DNA from: Macrostomum lignano
Taxonomy: Eukaryota
Direction of reading: 5' to 3'
Length of the DNA: 64,000 bases
Assembly: GCA_002269645.1 (NCBI GenBank)
Contig: NIVC01001157.1
Coordinates: 62,001 to 126,000 of the forward strand
In this document: in pieces, positions 28,020-39,600 of the stretch
Position numbering within the stretch: the first letter of the stretch is position 1
Layout of the letters: each line of letters begins with the position of its first letter
Program-made: the position numbers and the translations under genes
The notes under the pieces: model-generated
What the model saw: only the letters and a program-made list of their open reading frames with translations
What the model was told of the DNA's origin: nothing
Databases searched by the model: none

Positions 28020-30361
28020 TTTTGTCTGTCTTAGTGTCTGTTTGCCTGTCTGTCTGTCTGCCTGCCTGTCTGTCTGTCTGTCTGTGTCTGTCTGTCAACA
28101 ATATCCGTTTATCAGTCTGTCTACCCTCAGCCTTCCTCTCTCCTCTCCCAGTCAATCTCCATGCCAGAGATGCTGTACGAACGCGTCATCGAAGTTGACG
28201 AACGAGTCCTGCTGGCCCAGCCTTCCTCCTGCCGCTTGGACCCCCAGCCCGGCCCCCTGGCCACCGGTGTCACTGGTGAGTCTGTCCACGTCAGCCAGCC
28301 GCTGAACATGGAGTCGCTGCGCACCGAACTGACCAGCCTACTTGCTGACGGCATTCGCTGCGTAGCCGTGCTGTTTCTGCACTCCTACCTGTACCCGGAG
28401 CACGAGCTGGCCGCCGGCAGGCTGGCTGAAGAACTCGGGTTTAGCCAGGTAGAAGATTGCAGATAGACTAGTACCCGTTGAAAGCGTTACCGTGACAAGA
28501 ATCGCCAGAGTCATTCACTGTCATTGCAAACAAGTCACTATTGACTCTGGCGAATCTGGGGAGACTTGTGACTTCTTAACGACTCAAACGGCCCTGAAAA
28601 AGTCGTCCAAGAGTCGTTGTGGTAGCACTTAACTGTCTACTAACTCAAGTAGACTAAATAGAGTTTTTATAAATGCGAAACGACTCTGAGACGCCTCAGA
28701 TTTGTTTCAGAGTTGCAGACAAAAAAACGTCTCAAATAAATTGAATCTTAAGTGAATATTTGACGACTTTTTGGCGATTTTTTAACATCGTGAAATCTCG
28801 TCATTTTAGAGTCGTCAAGAGTCACTTCTTTCCTATTTTACCTGCAACGACTCTAAAGCATTCAGGTCATTCAGGTGTGTCAGGTGATGTCACTAGGGTC
28901 ACTGACAGCTTGGGTTGGATTTGACATCATTCAGGTGTGTCAGGTGATGTCAGTAGGGTCACTGACAGCTTGGGTTGGATCTGACATCATTCAAGTGTGC
29001 CAGGTGATGTCAGTAGGGTCACTGACAGCTTGGATTGGATCTGACATCATTCAGTTGGGTCAGGTGATGTCAGTAGGGTCACTGGCAGCTTGGGTTGGAT
29101 CTGACATCATTCAGGTGTGTCAGGTGATGTCAGTAGGGTCACTGACCGCTTGGGTTGGATCTGACATCATTCAGGTGTGTCAGGTGATGTCAGTAGGGTC
29201 ACTGGCAGCTTGGGTTGGATCTGACATCATTCAGGTGTGTCAGGTGATGTCAGTAGGGTCACTGACAGCTTGGGTTGGATCTGACATCATTCAGGTGTGC
29301 CAGGTGATGTCAGTAAAGTCGCTGGGTTGTATCTGACATCGTTCTGGTAATGTCAGATCATTAGAAATCGCTGACAATGTTTTAGGTTTGCCTCCGTAAC
29401 ACAGCGCACTCACCCACTGCAATGCACGTATCCAGGTGTCCCTGTCGCACCGAGTGATGCAGATGGTTCGGGCTGTTCCGCGTGGTCACACAGCCTGTGC
29501 GGACGCCTACCTGACGCCGTGCATCGATAAGTACATCGAAGGATTTGCGTCCGGATTCGCTGGAGGTTTAAAGGTCAGACAAGGGTACTTTTGTTGTACT
29601 TTACAAAAAATAAAAATGTTTTATTAATTGATTTTCATCCATGTACTTTTATTTTTAGAATTTAAAGGTACTGTTTATGCAGAGTGACGGCGGGCTTGCG
29701 CCAGTAAATCAGTGAGTACACTTGACATCAGTGAGTACACATCACATCAGTGAGTACACATGACATCAGTGAGTACACATCACATCAGTGAGTGCACATG
29801 ACATCAGTGAGTACACATGACATCAGTGAGTACACATGACATCAGTGAGTACACATGACATCAGTGAGTACACATGACATCAGTGAGTACAAATAATATC
29901 AGTGAGTACAAATAATATCAGTGATACACATGACATCAGTGAGTACACATGACATCAGTGAGTACACATGACATCAGTGAGTACACATGACATCAGTGAG
30001 TACACTTGACATCAGTGAGTACACATGAGATATGATATAGTACACCTATGTGCACATGAGAACTTGCCGTTGTCAATCGATAACCTCAGATTCAACGGTT
30101 CCCGAGCAATTCTGTCTGGTCCAGCTGGCGGCGTGGTCGGCTACGCCCTGACAACGCATCGACAGGCGGGCGGTGCGCCAGTCATTGGCTTCGACATGGG
30201 CGGCACCAGCACCGATGTGAGCAGGTTCGATGGCCAGCTGGAGCACGTGTTCGAGACTACAACTGCTGGAGTGGCTATTCAGGTCTGTCTGCCTGCCTGC
30301 CTGTCTGCCTGCCTGCCTGTCTGTCTGCCTGCCTGTCTGTCTGTCTGTCTGTCTGCCTGCC

Positions 30362-30400
<39 letters not shown>

Positions 30401-30401
30401 G

Positions 30402-30450
<49 letters not shown>

Positions 30451-30453
30451 GCC

Positions 30454-30500
<47 letters not shown>

Positions 30501-30601
30501 GTGTCTGTCTGTGTGTCTGTCTGTCTGTGTGTCTGTCTGTCTGTCTGTCTGTGTGTCTGTCTGTCTGTCTGTCTGTCTGTGTGTCTGTCTGCCTGCCTGC
30601 C

Positions 30602-30650
<49 letters not shown>

Positions 30651-33600
30651 GCCTGTCTGTCTGTCTGCCCGTCTGTCTGCCTGTCTGTCTGTCTGTCTGT
30701 CTGTCTATATTAATATTAATCTATATGTATGTATCTCACATCTCAGGCCCCCCAGCTGGACATCAACACGGTGGCCGCAGGCGGCGGTTCCCGCCTGTTC
30801 TTCCGCTCCGGCCTGTTCGTCGTCGGGCCCGAGTCGGCTGGCGCGCACCCCGGCCCGGTCTGCTACAGGAAAGGCGGCCCCCTGACCGTCACGGATGCCA
30901 ACCTGGTGCTGGGCCGGCTGCTCCCGGATCAGTTTCCGAAGATCTTTGGACCCACCGCTGATCAGGCGCTGGACGCAGAGGGGGCAAGGTGAGATTTTGG
31001 GATATTGATTGATGAGATCCAGGCATGAGATTGACTGATTGATGAGATTCACTGAGATTGATAAGATCCTGTGAAATTGATTGATAGAATTCTAGTGAGA
31101 TTGATTAATTGATAATATCCAGTGAGATTGATTAATTGATAATATCCAGTGAGATTGATAATATCCAGTGAGATTGATAATATCCCGTGAGATTGATAAG
31201 ATCTAGTGAGATTGATAAGATCCAGTGAGATTGATAAGATCTAGTGAGATTGATAGGATCCAGTGAGATTGATAAGATCCAGTGAGATTGATAAGATCTA
31301 GTGAGATTGATAATATCCAGTGAGATTGATAAGTCCAGTGAGATTGATAAGTCCAGTGAGATTAATAGGATCCAGTGAGATTGATAAGATCCAGTGAGAT
31401 TGATTAATTGATAAGATTCAGTGAAATTGTTTGATGGAATTCTAGTGAGATTGATTAATTGATAAGATCCAGTGAGATTGATTAATTGATAATATCCAGT
31501 GAGATTGATAATATCCAGTGAGATTGATAATATCCCGTGAGATTGATAAGATCTAGTGAGATTGATAAGATCCAGTGAGATTGATAAGATCTAGTGAGAT
31601 TGATAGGATCCAGTGAGATTGATAAGATCCAGTGAGATTGATAAGATCTAGTGAGATTGATAATATCCAGTGAGATTGATAAGTCCAGTGAGATTAATAG
31701 GATCCAGTGAGATTGATAAGATCCAGTGAGATTGATTAATTGATAAGATTCAGTGAAATTGTTTGATGGAATTCTAGTGAGATTGATTAATTGATAAGAT
31801 CCAGTGAGATTGATTAATTGATAATATACAGTGAGATTGATAAGATCCAGTTAGATTGATAAGATCCAGTTAGATTGATAAGATCCAGTTAGATTGATAA
31901 GATCCAGTGAGATTGATTAATTGATAAGATTCATTGAGACTGATTGATAAGATTGATTGAGACTGATTGATAAGATTGATTGAGACTGATTGATAAGATT
32001 CATTGAGACTGATTGATAAGATTCATTGAGACTGATTGATAAGATTCATTGAGACTGATTGATAAGATTCATTGAGACTGATTGATAAGATTCATTGAGA
32101 CTGATTGATAAGATCCAGTGAGACTGATTGATAAGATTCATTGAGACTGATTGATAAGATTCATTGAGACTGATTGATAAGATTCATTGAGACTGATTGA
32201 TAAGATTGATTGAGACTGATTGATAAGATTCATTGAGACTGATTGATAAGATTGATTGAGACTGATTGATAAGATTCATTGAGACTGATTGATAAGATTC
32301 ATTGAGACTGATTGATAAGATTCATTGAGACTGATTGATAAGATTCATTGAGACTGATTGATAAGATTCATTGAGACTGATTGATAAGATTCATTGAGAC
32401 TGATTGATAAGATCCAGTGAGACTGATTGATAAGATTCATTGAGACTGATTGATAAGAGTAGTAGGAAAGTGGTACCCTCTACCGCCATCGCACGGGATT
32501 GGCCGGGGCACCCGGCCAATGAGGGGAGAGGGCGCCCCGAAGACGCCCACCCCGACGCCAAACCCACCCCGACCCCAAACCCACCCCGACCCCAAACCCA
32601 CCACCGCCACGCACCCAATCCCGACCCCAAACCCACGCACCCACCCCCGACCCCAAACCAGGCCCCCTCCTGTCCTACACCCCTCCTGTCCTGCACCCCG
32701 TGCATCCCATACCAAGACCCCCTCCTGTCCTGCACCCCGTGCATCCCATACCAAGACCCCCTCCTGTCCTGCACCCCGTGCATCCCATACCAAGACCCCC
32801 TCCTGTCCTGCACCCCGTGCATCCCATACCAAGACCCCCTCCTGTCCTGCACCCCATGCATCCCATACTAAGACCCCCTCCTGTCCTACACCCCTCCTGT
32901 CCTGCACCCCGTGCATCCCATACCAAGACCCCCTCCTGTCCTGCACCCCATGCATCCCATACCAAGGCCCCCTCCTATCCTACGCCTTGCCCCATCCCAT
33001 GTAGCAAGGTCCTTCTATCCTGTACCCTAACCAAAACCAATTCCCCCCTCCTAATTCCTAAACCCAAGTCTTATTACCTGTCTCACTTACCGCCTTTAAA
33101 GCTAGCCAAGGCAAAACCCTCATTCCATGCTTTGGTTGTACTGTATCTTGCTGTGGCGGGTACAGCGTGAGGTCGTTAGACCTAGAACGCTACTTCTTGG
33201 CGGCCAGAGGGCCGCAAGAAGGTCCCGCCACCTCCTGTTACGTTGATGGCTGAGACTTTGTTAAGGCCCGAGTTCCTGCGAAAGGGCTGCTGTGTGGGGG
33301 TTGGATTTGGGGTTCGGATTAGTTATTTCTATGGAACAGGAGCTGGTTTCTAAATGGCTGAGTGGTCCCCGGAAGGGCTCCTGATTTGCCGAGAGTTCCT
33401 GTGAGAGGGCTGTTGTGTGGGGTTGGATTCGGGGTTCGGATTGGTTATTGCTATGGAGCGGGAGCTGGTGTTACTTACCAACTCTCGTCGTATATAATCT
33501 CGCACACAGCCGGAAGGAAAGCTCACAGTGAACAAAATGAACTTCAAGACATTATCGAACAGATTTCGAATCGGCGTCAGGTCGCACTCGAAGTGCATCA

Positions 33601-36600
33601 GCATCAGAAAGTGGTACAAATTTGATGAAGAGTATCGACCAGGTCTGCCTGGCATGGAGCTCACCGTCCACCAGTTTTGCCACTTGGGCAGCCTGAAGGA
33701 ACGACTGGAAGAGTTTGCAAGAAAGTGTATCGATGCGCAATGCCTTCTGGGTGGCAACAGGCAAGTGGTTGTGCAAAATGGCGTAATCACACTCTGGCGC
33801 CTTCCAACTGTACTCGGACCGCCGGTGCACCTAAGGCACGCCTTACCGCTTCCTACAAAACTTTGGCGCGAAGTCTGGGCTCAAAAGCATTGGGTCCTAG
33901 ACAAAATTGTCAAGCGAGAACCTCCGGTCAAGCCACCGATCGGCGATCCATGGGATACCACCCTACGGAGCCTGAAGAGTGTGCAGCATGGGCAGCAAGG
34001 CTTACACTCGACCAACTTATACAAGTACCTGACAGGCAGCCGGCAGAGTGGGACGACCACTGGGAGGCTTTCCAGGCAGTTCAGGCTGAATTTAGAAAGA
34101 GATTTGCATCCGAAACTCTGGAAGAGCCACCAACAGCTGAGAAGAACCAACAGCCTTCATTCCACCAGCCACCAATGAAGCGACGCGCAATGCATGAAGC
34201 GACAACTGGTCATTTCGTCAATTAACGTTTTTAATATAGTTTTGAACCATAGTACTGATCATGCACTGTTGTATATACTGCTTTGTCAATACTGGCTATA
34301 ATATTGCCCCATCATGCTTTGATTCCGGGCGATAATACTGTTTTGTAAATACAGGCGACGGGCCTTAATACTGCCCTTCCATTCTTAATAAACTTTTTTG
34401 TGCTAATACGAGCTTTTAACATGTAATTTTATGCTTTTCAATCCATGGACCTGCCAATAAAATAAACAAAAAAAAACATTTCATTTTCGTAAGCATTGTT
34501 GCACAAACATAGTCGCATTCGCGTTTATTTTTTCTTATATTTTGTACACAAAAAATATAGAAGTAAAGTTATAGGAAAAATATTATTATTATTATAATTA
34601 TTATTACTCGGTGCATAGGCAGATCTCACTACTACTGTTATGCCGTAGAGGAGCTCAGTCAGAGTCCAGCAAAGTAGGTTCGGATGCTTGATCTGGTAGC
34701 AAAATGCGGGAGAGGGCATCAGCTGCAGTCTGAGCCTCAACCACGCTGCGAGCACCAGCTATTATACAGCGATATGAATGAAACAAAATCAACTTTACAG
34801 AGGCAGTAAACTCGAGCACAAGTCCGTTAAACATTTCCGGCTCGTAGGTGGCCCGATGCGGCCATTTAGACTTGACTTCCCCCAACCGGAGTGGATGCCG
34901 ACCCGCGGGAAAGGTCGTCACAGAGGTAATAGTCTTGATGCGAATCTGGGGCAGACTGGTCAATCGCAAGAAGTCCGCACACAACTTCACAATCTTCTCT
35001 GTCTCTGCGAGAGCTTCCTCCATGCTTTTGGCTCCACAGACAGACACTTGTCCGGTCGGATACACCAGCGCGGTTACTCGATGCTGCCCGCTCTTCATCA
35101 CCACAGCCAGTGTTCGAGGATGAACCAGGCGATGGCGGATTGTGTGATACTGAGGCAGATGAAGAGTCAGGAAATTCGCTAGTTGTGGCAGAGCCACCCG
35201 GGTCGCCAGGTCGGCTCCTGTCACGATGTTTGTTACGCGAATTGCTCCGGCCATCTTTAGACAATCGAGAGAAATGCCAGTGCCTGCTGCAGATCGCTAC
35301 TTTTATAGACCCGTAGCCGCGAGGCCGCAGCCAATCAGCGTACAGCGCCACCTTGGCCAGGGCGTAGGGTAGCACGTACTTCGAGGCACTCGGAAAGGCC
35401 AGGTGTGCGAGGTCGTAGACAGGCTGTAGCAGCAGACGCGACAGGAACTGGCACTTGACATCCCCCTTGCTAAATATCGGGCCTTGCAAGTGAGAGATAT
35501 CGCTCCAGAGACAAGAGTAGGGTCGGAACCCACTCCTGTCCCAGTCTAGACCGTGCCGCTTATTGGTGAGCCAGTAGCAGGTTCGTCGCTGTCCTCGATC
35601 AAAGAGCTCAAAGCTGTGCGGCGGTCGGTAGCAATAGTAATGAGCCGTCGTTTGACCGCATGCAAACTCAACCCATGCAATTTCCTTAATCACAAAGTCC
35701 TCTGTTTTGTAGAGGTGCGGAAATCCTTCAAAATCAATGACAATCATCTTGGCCACTTGATCCACTTGCCGTATCCTTTCTGAGACTGAGTCTTCTTATA
35801 GTCTTGCAGTCGAGGTTTTTTAGGACTAGACTTTTCTTCCCGAGGCTTTTCCAGCAATTTTGTAGTGTTCAGACCAACTGCAGACAGAGGCACGTGGTTT
35901 TCTTGAAGACACGTAACAAACTCATTAATCCCATTCGGTGGCTGAAGGTACTTAGAGTACGTATCTTTAACTATGAAATGCAGCAGGTCCACGATATTTG
36001 AGTTGTACAACGGTTTACCATTGACAGAAACTTCATACGTATCATCTATGCTAATCGACTTGCACTTTACGGTTATGAAGCTAATCAATGCCTGCAGACG
36101 ATGATGCCATTTCTGATTCACCGTCAGATATAAAACCTCCTTCCACTGCGGTTCTTTGTGAATTACTGGAGGCTGTTCTTGGGTCGCACTTGCCTGCAGC
36201 TGCTGCACGCAACGCTCGTCCCTAATCTTGCGCAACCGTTTTTCCGCCTCTAGCTCGGGTTCACAGACTGTCTCCATGCCCCTCTGATTCACAAGTGCCT
36301 CATACTGCAACCGGGGTACCAGTATCATTTCCTTGTACATGTCTTTTTATACAGGTGAGAATCAGAGGAAGACAACGAAGGATATGCGGGTGTGAGAGAT
36401 TGCGCCGAGCCTCTTTCACACTTTTGCTTTGTGCAACAAGCCGGAGAGTATTTCGATATCGCCTGAGTCTCCGCTTCAAGCTATCTTCACAGCCAACTTT
36501 TCCTGCTAGTAAGTTGATAATACACTCGACCAAAAAGCAAATGGTGCTTTTATTTGCATAGGTAAGTATGCAGCGACGCAAGGATATAGTGCCCTCACAA

Positions 36601-39600
36601 AAGACAGTTATTAGTGCAATGTGTTTATCCATGTTTAACTCAGTGCAGAGACTGAGCCATTCTTATAGATAAACTCGCTGCGGGGCCTCATCGGGGAGAA
36701 AATTGGCTCTCAGGCGCAGTTCATGGGGTGAAGCGGGGTGAAAATCAAGCAGCAGATAGCGCTGATCTCCATCTCGCACCAATCGATCCATCAGTTCTAC
36801 TAGCAGAGTGCGCCGTTTGGGAAAGCATTGCTGACTTAAAGCTTGGACCGCAGAGGCGTCTCTGGGGTTGTTGAACAACACAATGTAGGTGCAATTTATG
36901 CTAATTGTGCGCCACTCTCTGCCTTTGAAAAATAGATTTTGCGTGATGAGAATGACAAAGCAGGGCTTGTGGTGAGCCTCACGGGTGAACAGATGTCGTA
37001 GCTCTCGACTTGCAGCTGCTTCATCCAGTAAATCGTCAATCACAATCAGGTCATGGGGCTGCAGATCCAAATTCGATAATCCTTCACATACTTGCACTCC
37101 TAGCCGCCGCAGAGTCGTGTGGAGTTCCGGCTGCGGGCATCCGTGATACCAAATCATCCGCTTGGGAGGTTGGTCGAACAGAAGCAGTCGTTGGGACAGC
37201 AACCGCAAACAGAATGTTGATTTTCCCGCTCGAGAAGGGCCCGAAACCATCATGCAGCCTCCCATCCGCAGTCTGGAATCAAACACATTGCAACTGATTT
37301 TTGAGTCTGAGTATGATTGCATCGTTTTGAGCCACAGCTGCCGGGTGCAAAACCTTGATGAACAAGGCATTATATGACATTCTCTTATGTAGTCGATGGA
37401 TCAAGTAAAAAATGCAATACCAGCCGCATAGAGTTGACGAACTGGGCTGAACAGGGACCGTATTCCATTGTAGCACCATCCGCGTCGGTTTAGTTTTCTT
37501 TAACCAGCTCTTCATATTTTTACTCAATATTGGGGTGGAGGGACTTGACTTCAAATACTTCCTCACTCCATCCCCTTGTGTATCCCTTGGTGAATGGGTT
37601 GGCCAGATTGCGAAGAGAGATTCGCACCATCATTCCTGCCTTGAACTTTGGTCTGGAGACCTTTTCACGAGTCTCAGGAAGCTTCCCATCGTAAAGCCGC
37701 TGCCAAATTTCCATCTCGTTTGACTTGTCGACATCAACTGGTCGGCTTTGAATACTCCGATGAATATTCTGGTTGTATGCTTTTGCTAAGGGTTGAAGCA
37801 CATCGGTCCAGGTTAATGTTGACTTGTGACGGAAGTACCGCCACATTCGGGATTTCAGTGTGCGGTTCCATCTCTCAATGGCTGCGCATTTCTGGTCACT
37901 ACTTGATGTGAATGCATGAATTTTGTGGTTTACGCAGAGGGCTCGGAACTGGGTGTTGCAAAACTCTTTTCCACGGTCGGTCCGAACTGCTCGTGGGCAT
38001 CGAGGGTGAGCTCGATTTAGGATCGCTTCGAATCCGGCTGCAACCTCCTCGGCTGTCTTGCGGCGCACTGGCTGAACCCAGGCAAACTTGCTGAGCACAT
38101 CAATGCAGCATAGAATATATCGTACGCCGCCATTGTACTTAGCGAACGGCAGCATTTCAACAAGGTCCAGTTCCCACTGGTCATCCATGCCCCGCACCAC
38201 AATCGGTGCTCGACAAAAGTTTTTGCGTTTATCTCTATGCAGTGTGTAGACATCTTGGTCTTGGAGCCACGTTTTTACCTTTAATTGTAAAAAAAAAAAC
38301 TGGAAATTGCTAGTTAGTGGATAAAACTAAAAACCTAAGCTGGAATTTTCTAGAAAATCATTGGTTTAGAAGTATATCGTATATGCATACCTGCCCTACA
38401 CTAAACTTGGGTCCGTGGTGTTTGTGCAACTCTCGTTTTAATGCCTGATAGCCGCCATAGCTGCCCGGTCTACTGCAGTCAAAATAAATACCTGGCAGAA
38501 GGTTTGAAATTGCCTTTTTCGTTTTCATTTTACCGAATTTCTAGTACCTATCATTTTCTTATGCCAAACACCCGGCTTGAAAAAAAAAACTGCCCACCCC
38601 ACCAGTTTCTGCGGATTTAGCGTTTCTAGCCTCTGTTGTGCACGAAAAAGCATGCATGTTTGCACAAAATACATACATTTCGATGGGAATTTTTACCCGA
38701 ATGTGTGCACAAAAAACCTCAACACTTTGCATACTTTTTAACACTGTGCACGAAAACTTGCATACTTGTGCACAAAATACATGTATTTCAATAGGGATTT
38801 GTACCCGAACCCTCGCATGAAAGTAGACGCATTTTGTCGAAAAATTCACGCCGTATTGCATACTTTTAATCACTGGACGAAAACTTGCATACTTTTGCAT
38901 AAAACACATGTATTTCAATAGAGATTTTTAACCTTTTTTAAGTGCATGAAATTTTACATTGTTTTACACGATTTAATTTTACACAAAAACTAGTATTTCG
39001 ATTTGAATTTAGTTTGTTTTATATATTATTTTATCGACAGTTTTAAACCCTTTTTACTTTATGAAAATAAATAAAAAAAAATTTTCTTTTTACCAGCCTC
39101 AACTCAAACTAACATATATACATTTCATGTTTATTAAAAAAGTGCCATAATTCCTCGTTAGTAATTAAAAATCAGCAAATGAAACGTACAAAAATGCAAC
39201 GCACACATTGGCAGTATTATCGGCCAAAACATTCTGATTATATTAAAAAATGGTATCAATGGTATTTTTATTATCTAGACAGCAGAATAAAACAAAACAT
39301 CATCGTTATTATCAATAAACAAGGTAGGTACAAGTTTCGTATTCAGAAAAATCTAGTCAAACGGGCAGGGTCGCTTTCGCTTCTCAGCCTCTAGACGCCA
39401 GTGGCCGTAGGGTAGGCTCTGATTTGCCGCGAGCCATGCCCTCTTGTCCTCCCAAAACGAGAGTGCGCGTTTCAAGGTGGCAGTGGTGAACAACTCATGA
39501 TGCTCACTGGCAATACGACGCGTCAGCCAGGACTTTTCTTCCATTTTCATCAAAGTTTCGCAGTAGTCGGCGTGGCAGATTTCATTTTGCACTACAGATC

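Noticed and set aside
27844-30961. CLSVCLSV and TDRQTDRQ ORFs
   Set aside because: (TCTG)n microsatellite translations within OPLAH introns.
32391-33170. Pro/Gly-rich ORFs in the TIRs (mirrored at 43481-44180)
   Set aside because: Products of the 39-bp VNTR and C-runs, open in many frames, and several run out into host repeat DNA.
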